This document shows positions 23,960-36,027 of a stretch of 64,000 nucleotides of DNA, one piece after another. The position numbers and the translations under genes are program-made. Under the pieces are notes generated by a model. It worked only from the letters and a program-made list of their open reading frames with translations. It searched no databases and had not been told where the DNA came from. Positions within the stretch are counted from its first letter, which is position 1. The number at the start of each line of letters is the position of its first letter. Location of the stretch: NCBI GenBank assembly GCA_964057225.1, contig OZ059897.1, positions 8,556,001 to 8,620,000 on the forward strand, given 5' to 3'. The DNA is from Auanema rhodensis (Eukaryota > Animalia > Nematoda).

Positions 23960-26900
23960 ATATTGAATCATTTGCTGATTAGGTATCCATTGTGATGTGC
24001 TGAGAGAGCTCATATACAGAACAGAACAGAATTCTTGCATGTGATGATATTGGCAGAAACTTTGATTTGCTTCCATGATGTGCTTTATCAAAGAGATACA
24101 TCTAATCAAGCCACCATCTATGTTTTTAAAGAAAAACAAAAAAGAAATGAACCTTTTCTTACATGAGTCGCTGTCGGGTATAGAGAAGATGTCATTCAAT
24201 CTCATCTATGGTATATTTTTTTAGTGCGAATTGAATAGTTACAACACAATCTGTCTTTTTTTCAGAAAATAAAAAAAGTAACCAAATAAGGAGCTGAAGA
24301 GAATCTATTTTCATGCATTCTGTTGACTTCTGTTCGACAAATTTGTGACATTTTTATTTGAAAAGATATTAAGAAAATATAGTTAGATAACAATTTCATC
24401 ATTTTAAATTCATAAAATATCTTATATATTAAATGTTTTTTCTGTAACATCCTCGTCATCATCATCAACAACAACAACAATATCAGGATAAGCAGTATAT
24501 ACTCTATTCACAACTTCATCATCTTCTTGTGCTTCTTGAATACACAATTGCATAGGGATTTACATTGTGAGATATGAACATACTAAGAATGTAATTCTGT
24601 GTCTTCTCGATAAGGTTGTTTGAGCTGAACTAATGTGTCGACATGTTAAATCTCTCCCTTGAGATACATTAAAACATCAATAAATGTCTTAAACAATAAC
24701 ACTAGTCATCTCGTTTATTCTTTTTATGGTCAAAAAGCACACAAAAGCTTTTGACTGGTCGTATAGTTAGCCAATAAGCTACACGACAACGCACTTTGAA
24801 CAAACTGTTTTGTTCACCAATAAAGCTGCTGAAATATGTTGCACCAAGTGGTGCCATGAACCCAAGTATCATTAATCTTTCTTTTTTGGAAGTTTATGTC
24901 AGAACTAAAATCCTAAATTTAGCCGACTGGCATATTTTTCTATGTATAAATCTTCCTATTGGATGGCGGAAACAATCCTTGATGAGCAGAAAAACTATAG
25001 GAGATGAGACCTAAAAATCCTCATGATGGTTTTTTTTTCTAAAAGGGCATTCAAAGGTATTGGTTGGACATTGCGATGAGATTCGAACAGATGTATTCAT
25101 TGACGGTTCCTCTTCATGTGCTTCGATTTTCTTTTTGCCCTGAAAAGGAGATTGTCATATGTGAGACAAGAGGAGAAGATGATGATACTCACGCATCTGC
25201 CTGTGTCGTCTGAAAGTATTTCTTTATTTCTAAAAATATTTTCATTAGACCTATAATGAAATCTATTCTGATTCATACACTTACGATGTGTTTTTAATTA
25301 ATTTATGATACTAATTCATAATGATCACTAAAACAGTTGGGTCACCTGTCTTCTTCATGTCTTTTAAACTATTTTATGATCTTTTTATCATTTCATGTAA
25401 GCATTGTAAATTTAGCAAAACGTCTGAAATATTAGGATTAAAGACCAAAAGACGGTAATAGCTCCATATATTATAAAAATAAGAATATATATATATATAT
25501 ATATATAAAATAATAGTTTTCCTAAAATAATAATATTTTTATTCAAAAAAAAAGTATGATGATGATGGAACGTTTTAAATAAATTTTGCTTTCCTTCCGT
25601 CTTTGGTTCATCAACAACTTGTTCCGCTTCTGTTGTGTTTATTTCCTTCTCGTGTAAGTAGAATACTTTCCTTATCAGAAAAATGCATGCATTTTCATTT
25701 TACTACTAATTGAATTGAATTTAATTACCAGATATCATTCCATGAATTCTTATGGCCCTTTTCTTCCTTCTCTCGAATGATGTTGGGCGACCCTCCCACG
25801 TCTTACCTGATGTAAGCATCACGAATTCGGTTCCTTCTTTTCGATGTTTCCTTCTTTTTTTCCAAATATAAACATCACAATCTAGTTCAGATCGTTATGA
25901 TTGAGAAATTTTATCCACCTACACTATTTTAGAAATAGTTTAAATATTGATACGCTTGCGTATACGATGTGCATCCGAACATAAGGGGCGGATTCTACTG
26001 ACGTTGCTTCATATCTTGGTGCTTGCTGACTCACATTGTCTCCTTATGTTCTACAATATTTCACACATTTTTAGCTTAAATGTCGTCAAATTGAGAAATA
26101 TTTATAGCTTTAATCTATTTTTGTTTCAATGTCTGATAGATAAGTCATTCTTGTCATCAGATATAAAGCCTCAGATTCATGAACTTGGTTCTGGTCCTGT
26201 TCTGAAGCACCAAGGTGTATCCAATTTCCTAACCTTCATCATACTTTTCGAAACGTTAAAGATAATCTTCAGCATTTTCTCTCCACAATTTGCACTTCTA
26301 TTCAGTATGTTACCTCGTGACATACTGAAGACTTTTATCCTGAATTTCATACAAGCTATCATGTGCTGACGATCTGGTATTAAATTTAGTTCACTGATAA
26401 GCTTTAAGTGAAAAGCTTTGAACTTGAACCTTATAAACATTCATAGTTCCTTATCTTCAGTCATTATGTCGAAGTTATTCATCATCTTCTATTGCTTGAG
26501 AAATATTTCAATTATCCCTATTTTAAGTGCCTTAATCATAGTTATAACTGAACCAAGTTCAAGATTAATTTCCATACCGTATGACTTCTCAATTACGACC
26601 CCGCCTACTGCTCGCTCCTTTCCTTTGTCAATATTTTTCTTCATATTTTTTCTGGGAATTGCGTTCTTCACTCGTGTTATTACATTTCTTGCAATTGTTC
26701 AAAAACCTTACCCTTAACAGTACGAAATAATGTCCGAACATTACATAATCTTTCGATTGATTATAGTATTTTAGCCTTTTTCTTACTAATCCGTTACAAT
26801 TGGCGCCGACTTGTCCTGAGTTTTTCGTATCCAAAAGGAGCTCATCAGCCAAAACTGTCAAAAACGACGTTAATTCTCCCAATATCTATATACAATTTGT

Positions 26901-27370
26901 CGTATTCATTTACTCTTCATCAGTTGTACTCTGTTGAGTTGTGAAGTTTGAGCCTTTGGTCCGGGTTCACATTCAACGTTTTGTGAAGCATTTCTTCTTT
27001 CAGAACTACATTTAAATCTTGATACTTCAGAAGAACAGTAGAGTTCAAACGTATTGCTTTCATTTTCGCAAAACCTTTCATATTTTCTTAACAATCTCTT
27101 AAACAGGCGGTTCTGTCTTTCATCATTAACTTTCTTCCTGAAATAAAGCCGATTAGTGCCTTTTCGACCTGCTTCATCGTCATATGGCTGGATATGTTTG
27201 GCTTGTAATCGATTCAGAAAGTCTTATCTGAATTTTCTCAATCAGTTCCGGCTGATTCTTGAATTGAAGACTCCCTCATTTCGAGCAAAAAGCAGACCTT
27301 TTCGTTGCAATTTTGTTTTTTCTTCTAATCTATCGATGCACCTTCGACAGAAAACAATATCGTTTATCAT
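23960..27370 (-). pseudogene. Degenerate or fast-evolving multi-exon coding-like region, unidentified
   Basis: Charged protein-like blocks bounded by GT/AG sites (MINDIVFCRRCIDRLEEK, RQNRLFKRLLRKYERFCE, KEINTTEAEQVVDEPK, KKIEAHEEEPS). I could not join them into a stop-free model. Confidence 0.3.
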
Positions 27371-28395
27371 TTTCCCATGTATATATGTTTATATTTCTTT
27401 CTAATTTTCATCTTTCACAAAAAAATATACACTATATAACAAAAATCTTTCTTATAATCTTCTACAAAATATTCGAGAACGACGGAAAACGAAATTCGGT
27501 GTACTGATCTCAAAACGAAAATCTCCGCCTTCTATCCGTTTTCCGTCCCGAGATGAAGAGACCAAGCTTCAGAAGCTTCAAAGAACAGCATGACAAAGGA
27601 TCAGCTTCATCTCAAGTTGCTACTAAGCTTGTACCTGCCCCATTTCCAATTTGTAAAGAAAGTTGCTCAGACTGCTTATCATTTTCTGTCCTAACGTGCC
27701 TTCCTTGAATCTACTTTTCAATTTTTCTTTTTTAACTTTTTAGAATAGAATAAACATTCTATTATCTAAATCAGCTTTGAAGTAGTTAACTATACTTTTC
27801 CTTTCACTAACAATTTTCCAATAATCTTTCAGACTTTCCAACAAAAAAAACTCTTATGAGATACCATGTTGTCTGGGACAATCTGAAAGGGGTACCCCTA
27901 TACCTTGTTTTTCAACCAAATTCAGCCTATTCTATAATGAACCTTCAATATTTCTTTTTTCTTTTTATCATTAAACTACATTCCTTTCGCTCTTTCGCTC
28001 ATTTATGATATGCTTGTCTCTTTCTGATTATTCAGTAGCTTTTTGCCTTTTTATTTCGCAGATTTCCAATTTGATAACATCTCTAATTAGTTTTACATCA
28101 ATTTTCGACAGCACTGGGTTGTACCTCACAAATAGCTGGATCTTCCCGAATTTTTCAAATTTTTGTCATTCCAAATACGAAATAAAATGCGTCATTCAGT
28201 GTATAAGGATGCTATTCTTTATCAGTAGCCGCCCTAGAGATTATCATCTAACCTTAAAGCAGATCACATTCATGACCTATCTAGAACTTAGTGTGCTTGT
28301 ACTTCCATTTCACTCTTGTATTTCTCTAAAAAAAACTCATTTTATCGCCTTTAATTTTTTGTTTGCAATTTTACAATCTCACGATTTTCAGAGAT

Positions 28396-30638
28396 ATGAG
28401 ACTTCTGTGCATTTTTGCTATTCTTGCGCTGATATGCCTTTTGATCGAAGCTGCGCCAGGTCCTGTCACTCAACGACATCATCACGGTCGTCGGCATCAC
28501 AGACGAACATCTCCACATAGGACCGTCGTGCAGAGAAGAGTGAGTTTGGAAAACATTTTTTCTTCCACATGGCTAGATTTGGCATTGACGTTGAGCAATA
28601 TTGAATGTCTGTCATGTTGGGTTTGATGCCTATGATTTAGCAATTCATTAAAACGTTTGAGTTATAACTTCCGAAACTCTTCAGAATTGCTTTAGAAAAA
28701 AGGAAATTTATTCTTTTGAGCTTTTTCTCTTTTCAAACATTTCTCTAATCATTAGAACTACGTTTTTAACTTAATTGTGCACCATTATCAATGATGTAAA
28801 AGATACAGCCCTAATGGCTCATTAGAACTTTTTTTTAAATAAAAAGAATTCATCACCTGTTTATGAAAACAATATTATTCCCTTATTCAAAGGTTTTGTT
28901 CTTATAATTGTGAAATTGATCAAAACATTAATAAGGAATTACAATGATTCATAATACTTCATTTGCAGCTTTATATAAGGAGTTAGAAAAATATTTTCTC
29001 TTTTACAACTTTATCAGGATATTTCGCACTTTCTTTTTCTTCAAAGTCATCAAAAGATTCATGAGGTGTTGAAATACTATATAATGCTTGTTTGATAACA
29101 GCATATGTATCATGCCTTCGCCAAAGCATCTAGAACATTTTAAATTTTATTTATCTTATAAAAGATAATAAAACCTAAAAATGTATAAAGTCGTTTGAGA
29201 AATTAAAACATAATGAGCATATGTGTTCAACAAATTCTTTTTGTTAAAGAAATTTTTATTGTCTTTTGGGCGTAAAAACTATGCACATGTGTTAGATGAT
29301 ACAGAAGTTACTATTTTATAATTTATTATTTTTAAATAAATGATTGACCATAAAAAAGTTTCAAATATCAAAATCTTCCTCAAAAATAAAATAAATAAAA
29401 TGTTTTTCTAATTTTCAATAAAGTTTTGAAGCGTCAAGATGTACATTGTTCTCCAATTCTAAGCTTCAATAGCTCACTTTTGAGAAAACAATGAAGAGTT
29501 GGAGGACTAGCCTAATATTTGACAGACTGAATATTTTGCTTTTCAATTTTAATATCCAATAACAACTAAATTAAAAATTAAATATTTACTATAGGTTGTT
29601 CTTCAATTTATAATAAAATTCGAAATTTCTACCATACAATGACTTTTTTTCTAATATACATACTTTTCTATTCTTAACAAATACTTTACAAAAAAAGGGA
29701 TTGTCTTATCAATTAATCTTCTTGTGAACCCTTTGCAATGCCTATTTTTTTGGAATTTCACCTTAGATAAAGAGAATTTTTGCTTAATTCACTCAATTTT
29801 CATGGAAAAATTTCAGCATCGTCATCCAAGATATCCATATCCTCCACGTGATGAGGAAAATGCCGATTCTTGTACCAAGGAAGAAATTCATGTCATTTGT
29901 GGGCAAGAGAGACATTGTGATTTAACATGTGACAACATGTACAGGTATAACATTTTTCTCGAAGTTTCGAAACTGAATACTTTACTTCAGTCCTCCACAC
30001 TGTCTTCACAACACAAACATCCCCAAATGCTACTTCCCACGTTGTCAATGTCGTACTGGCTATGTTAGAAGTCACGACGGCAAATGCATTGCACCACACG
30101 AGTGTCCAAATCGGTACATGGAGCCTCAAGAAGAAGTAAGTTATCTTTCACCCATTTTTTCTTGTCATTGCCACGAATATTTTTAACATTGAAACTATTC
30201 TTCTCTACTTCTCCGCTTTATGCTACTGAGACTACATGTCTCGGCTACATTTATTAGATAGAACTGCTCGCTGTTGCTCCACAGATAACAGAAATATAGT
30301 TTGAAATTATATTTAGAGTTTTCTATCACTTTAATTTAACTGCGGAATAGCATCAGTAAAAAATTGAGAGTTCATTTAGTCACAAGATAATGGTGACTAG
30401 TTGGCTGTGTGATATTGAATGATAAACTAAGTCAATACATATAGATAACTGACAGATTCTAGTTTTATCAAAAAGAGATTAATCTAAAAACTAAGTATGC
30501 TTATTGTTTCCTTTTCAGAATAGCGATATCACTGTAGTTTTCAAGACAATGCTCCCCAAGCCCGTAGGAAAGATTCATTCATTCCGCACTAAAAACAAGC
30601 AAACAAGAAAAGTTGCCAGAAAAGTTCCTCACGTTTGA
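28396..30638 (+). CDS. Secreted TIL (trypsin-inhibitor-like) domain protein, 178 aa
   Basis: Exons 28396-28539, 29817-29944, 29991-30135, 30519-30638 join in frame. Signal peptide; 10-Cys TIL pattern (C..CGQERHCDLTC..C..C..CQCRTGYVR..GKCI..EC). TTTTCAG acceptor just before the ATG. Confidence 0.85.
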
Positions 30639-31297
30639 AGCATGTATGATATGTTAATTGGATAGTTAAATTTTTCTCTGAATTATATCCTGTGCTACTC
30701 GTATCCACTATTGGGTTCGATAATTTAATTCTCATTCTCATTCTCTTCTCATAGAAGATCCTTGAACAAGTATTAGAACGTTCATAATATTTTCTCATAT
30801 AGTTATTGTTTTGAAAAATAAAAACATTTGTAATTAAAAAAAATCACTAGCATAAAGCTAGTTACAGTAATTTGAATTTTGTAAACGATGTGCATTTATG
30901 CTACCCTTGCTCTGTCGAATAATATTAATAATAAGAACTGTATTTATGTTTTACTTTGTATAATGTTGACGTTTCACTTCAATATCGATGAATATGATAA
31001 CAAAATATTTCACTGTTAAATAATCCAACGACTGCATTCTTTCAACAAACAGAGTATTTTATATACATACTGAATTTTTAAATACAGGTATAGAAACATC
31101 ATTAAATAAAAAAGGTTTTTTGAATCTACGTACGCAAACGTCAAGTCACGTATAAGCCGTTCAAAAATTTACAACAACACAAGTGGGTACTGTTTTTTTT
31201 GAAAAATGCTCAATCTCGACATACATTCATTTTTAATCAACTTCTATTTTTTTTCTTTTTTTTTTTTCAAATATTAGTTTTGATTAAGAATACAATT

Positions 31298-33047
31298 ATG
31301 TTCAATGGAAGTGGTGATTCTGAGAAATCTTACTTACCTCCTATCTGGAATGATGATGCAGCTATGATGGGTTATATGGCCATGATTAAGGTTTGTTTTT
31401 GTTATTAGTTGTTATACTTTTGTTTTAATTTATAGGCGCGGCATGTAAACGCAATTGATCACGATCGGAAAGTTAAATTTTGGGAGGAAGTTATTGATAC
31501 ATACTGTATTAGTCAGAAAAACGCTATTATCACTTTGGACACGTTAAAGCGTGCTTTCCGTAGAGGGGATCAAATTCCAGCTTCCTTGCAAACTGTTTTG
31601 GAACACTCAAAAAAGCAAGATGTTTTACTGGATTTATTAGTCTAATCAATTACTTTAGTTCTGGTAACCTTTTCACTCTTAACGATTGGCGAGAGAAGCA
31701 CTCATCTTGGGTAAACTGGGGAGTTTCGCAAATTGCCAAAACTTCTTCATGGTTTTTTGGTTCTTCTAATAACGTTCAAACGTCCAAATTTATTCATTTA
31801 CCTACTATTCGAGTTAGTTTAGTTAGAATCTTACATGAATACACACTGTAAATATAGAAACAAGCTGAAGATGTTATGAACTTATTTATTGATCAATTCA
31901 AAGCAGAATGTGATGGGACTGGAGAGGTTATTGCTTATTCTGATTTTTATGAGAAGGCTCGTCACATTTTCCGAACCAAAGTAAGTTTTCTTAAATGAAC
32001 TACAAGCTATAGTATTTTTTTCAGGAGAACTTTGATATTATTTTGGATTATATGAGTGATACTGGAGATGTTACTGTTGGTCAGTCAAACAAAGGAGAGA
32101 AAATTCTTAAATTTAGGGTTAGAAAACTAAGTTTTTATTACTTTAATACTTTTTTTCTTTTTAGGATATTGGGAGTAATGATCCAGTAAAGTTTACTGAA
32201 GCAGATGCTTCTGTGCATGACATTAGACGCGCAATGAACAAAGTTGAAAAGGAAATTGCCGTTTTAGAAGAAAAAGCTAAGAAGTAAGCAAAACAATATT
32301 GGAGTTCAGTGTAATTCTTGTTCTAGGTTTGATGATGAATGCAGGAAATGCGTTCGTGCTGGAGAAAAGAGCAGGGCTGCTTCCTATCTGCGACAAAAGA
32401 AAAGGTAATGGCATATTTACTGTTTGAAATATAATATTTCTGCAGAGTTGAAAAAGATATTCATGACAAGGATGGTCAATTGCAAGGATTATTAAATATG
32501 CTTCATCAGTTAGCTTCAACTAAGGTAAGTACGCAGCCGTTTCTTTTATTTTTTGGATTTCATTTTCATAAACTGTTTCACTCATATTATACAAAATGTT
32601 ACTTTTAGTCCAACAAAGAAGTTTTCGATGCTTATAAAATTGGATCTCAGGCCTTCAAGGCTAACCTTGCCAGACATGGATTGTCTGCTGACCAGGTTAT
32701 TCCAGTTATATATTTTTCAAACTGATAATATATTACAGGTTGACAAAACTATGGATGATATATCTAGCACTATTGAAGACTATAAGGAGCTTGAGGATGC
32801 CATGAGTCAAGGTTTTGGTTTCAAATCTACTGATAAGGTATAACAAATTCATTAAATGAAGCTTACTTTACTATATTAGGATGATGATTTGCAAAAGGAG
32901 TTGGAAGAACTCATTGCTGAAGAGAAGAAAGCAGACGAGCCTGTCGCCTTACCTGAAGTTCCAAGTGGAAGATTTGGATTCCGAGATGATGAACAAGAGT
33001 TCTCTTTGGAACAACGCTTACAGAAATTACGCGAACAAGCAGTTTAG
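31298..33047 (+). CDS. chmp-7: CHMP7 (ESCRT-II/III hybrid)
   Basis: LPPIWNDDAAM, DRKVKFWEEVI, LKRAFRRGDQIPASL, Snf7-like AASYLRQKKRVEK, QVDKTMDDI, DDLQKELEEL, LPEVPSG, terminal LEQRLQKLRE. Confidence 0.9.
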
Positions 33048-33600
33048 AAATATTTGTCAATGTCTTCGTTTATTACGGTTAAATCTGATTTGTTAATGAA
33101 ACATGTTAAATTCGCTCAGAAAATCTCTTCTTTTCTACTAATTTCAAACTCACCCACTATTACATTTACCATTCTTGTTCGCAAGGAACTTTTTAATGTT
33201 TGCTGAAACTTTAATCATCATTTGTACATGTATAATTTTTGAAAATCTCTTTTAATTTTAAGTGTCTACCAATGTTTCATAATTTTTCACTTTGTAGATT
33301 CAAATAAACCTTGCGCGTTCAAAAGATGATTTGCTTACAAAAAAAGTGTATGCCTGTTTTTCAAAACATTGGGAACTTGCTAAGGCAAAATGCGTAATCA
33401 CTAATTTCACCTGACTATATGAAAAACTCGGCGTTTTGGAAGTCTCTATGGATGAAACAACTTTTCCAACTTTTTTATTCAGTTTTAGGATCTGGCCTGG
33501 CTATCTAATAGACTTCGTATAAATATGGCATCACTCTTCCAATATATATTCTTTTCCTTATTTTCATTGCTTCATTGTATTCATACAAAATATTTTTCAG

Positions 33601-34759
33601 ATGTCGTGGATTTTGCACGCTGCTGCCATCATATCTTCAGTTACTATTGCTGTAGCTCTTTTCATATCTGGTTCTATCTATTTGGATATCTCCGATTTTC
33701 ATCAGGCTGTAAAGGATGATATGAAAGAATTCCAAGTAGGAGAACCTTCTGTTGTAATATACAATTTCTGGTTCTTTATAGAACACTTATGATGACTCTT
33801 GGTCTGTAATGATTAGCTCATTGCCTTTGGAGGGTTCCGCTGGTGTTAGAGATGTCTTTGGACGTGCAAAGAGGGCTACTGGCCATTGCAACTGTGCCGC
33901 TCAAAGAAAAGACTGCCCTGATGGCCCACCAGGACCACCAGGACCAAATGGAGAGGATGGAGTACCAGGAAACCCTGGAGAGCCTGGAACCGACGGAAAC
34001 GTACAATTCGACAAATACCCAGGAAGCCCCGGTAACTGCATCGTTTGTGAAGCTGGACCACCAGGGCCTGCTGGGGAAGCCGGACCACCAGGACCACAAG
34101 GAATTGATGGAGAACCTGGACAACCCGGTGCTCCAGGAAAGGATGGAGAAGATGGACAAATGGGTGAGCCAGGAGAACCAGGTGCTGATGGAGAACCAGG
34201 ACCAGTTGGACAGCCTGGAGAAAATGGAAAGGACGGAGAGAAGGGCAAGGTGGGTAGTGATTAAAAAACAACTTTAAAATGTTTAATATCTTAGGGGAAA
34301 CCAGGAACTGCTGGAAACCCAGGACAAGAAGGACCAGCTGGAAATCCAGGGCAAGATGGGAAGCCAGGAGACGACGGAATGGATGGACAAGAAGGACCAG
34401 CCGGAAATCCTGGAACTCCAGGAATTAGCGGCCCACCCGGACAACCAGGACAACCAGGAGAATTGGGACTTCCAGGAGCAGACGCCGCCTATTGCCCCTG
34501 CCCAGATCGTACTGAACTTGGATTCAACAAGGGGTGAGAATTTCACACTAATAATCAATTTCACCCAATGAACCCGTTTAGAAGTAGCAAACCAAGTACC
34601 CATAACGGAGGCCCAGCAACACAGCCAACAGACAACGATGAAATCAAACATTCTAACCAAGATGAACCAGGCTTCTCTGATGACAAATCACCAAGCGAAG
34701 GACAATCTCAATCTTACCGTCGTAGAAGAGTTCTCAGAGTTAAGGTGCATGCCAACTGA
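33601..34759 (+). CDS. Nematode cuticle collagen
   Basis: Hydrophobic N-terminus, RAKR processing site, CNC..C, Gly-X-Y blocks, CPCP, basic C-terminal tail RRRRVLRVK. Confidence 0.93.
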
Positions 34760-34981
34760 GAAATTAAAAATAAATTCTTATCAAGAGAACAATAAAGTTT
34801 CATTAACTTTCTTTCTTTTTCACGTATTTTCACAACAGTAATTATGACACGAATCGATAAAAAATTTTCACCTTCAAAGACAAGAAAGTTCGAGTTCAAA
34901 CACATCACATCACACCCCCCTACATAACAAGCCAGTTTCGTTCTCAGTCTATCTATAGAGCAGTCTTCTATTTCAATTTTC

Positions 34982-35480
34982 ATGATGTCAACCTTCCGTT
35001 TTTTTCTTGTAATCATCTTAGTAGCAGGTATAGAAAGTAAGTTTTCGTTAATTTCCAGTCTGATTTTTAGTTTAAGGAGTTAATTCAACAAGTTTGAAAG
35101 ATAGCTTCAAACACTTGAGCGAAAAATATGATACTATCCGTAATGACAACTTGAACAGCTTGATAATAAGGAATGTCCCTTACGTGAGCGTTTTCCTAAC
35201 TCATTATTAATGAACCAACTTTTAGGGAACTCCTAAGCCTCAACCAGCTTTAGCAGAATATTTCACTTTTAAAGAAAGAGACTCGGTAGGTCTTGAACTT
35301 GAACTACTTCGATAACCGTATTCGTTAAGGCAAAGATTATAACTGGACCCAACGGACAGAAGATTTTCAGAGAATTTAGAAGATTATCAATAGCTGATGT
35401 ATGTGGCATAATGATAACTGTATTTTTGTGTATTATCCGTTTAGGTACTAAACAGACCACACAGTGGAATCCCAGGTTGA
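34982..35480 (+). CDS. Small secreted protein / candidate neuropeptide precursor (105-108 aa), five exons
   Basis: Exons 34982-35027 (or -35036), 35077-35183, 35226-35285, 35330-35398, 35445-35480 join in frame across four 40-49 nt GT-AG introns: MMSTFRFFLVIILVAG...KIFREFRR-LSIADVLNRPHSGIPG*. AATAAA at 35488. Confidence 0.75.
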
Positions 35481-35527
35481 TAAAGCAAATAAAGATTTTA
35501 TAACAATTCATTTGAATAACCAACAAT

Positions 35528-36027
35528 TTACTCGCTCTCCTCAGTACGGATACGAGCGTGTCCGTTTGTGAGCTTGATGTTCAATTGGGCGGCTCTCTCA
35601 ACAATAAGTTTACGGGTCTTGGCGGAGGTAGCGTGGGCAACTTCTCCGATGTACTTGTAAGATTGCATAAGGAGCATGTCGAGATCCTTAAGAGAAGAAA
35701 AATAAGAAGCCATATAAATTATAACAAATACCTTAACGTTTCTGACAACAACCTTCTTCATTCCACTTGGGAGAACGAACTTGGTGCGCTTATCGGATCC
35801 GTAACCGATGGTTGGCATAGCACGCATACCACGGAAGCGTCTACGAACACGGTTATCAATACCCTTAGGCTTACGCCAGTTAGGCTTCAGACGGTGGTAT
35901 CTAAATAAATAACAAATAAATAAATTAACATAAAAATAATTAAAATATACCTGTCGGACTCATGGCGCTTGAACTTGGTAAGCTTCTTTTTCACAACACG
36001 TACCTTGGTTCCAGAAACAATAACCAT
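35528..36027 (-). CDS. rpl-32: 60S ribosomal protein L32 (eL32)
   Basis: [45 protein letters not shown]; two short introns. Confidence 0.98.

Noticed and set aside
30848-30903. Hairpin containing ATAAAGCTAGTTAC, similar to miR-79
   Set aside because: The match is on the 5' arm and gapped, the stem is poorly paired, and there is no miR-9-like partner arm.
33818-34660. Multiple long overlapping ORFs on both strands over the first collagen (same at 51759-52734)
   Set aside because: Expected by-product of Gly-X-Y codon repetition; not separate genes.
35232-35240. CCTAAGCCT, resembling a TTAGGC telomerase template
   Set aside because: Lies in coding exon 3 of the small secreted gene (P-K-P codons); no TERC-like structure around it.
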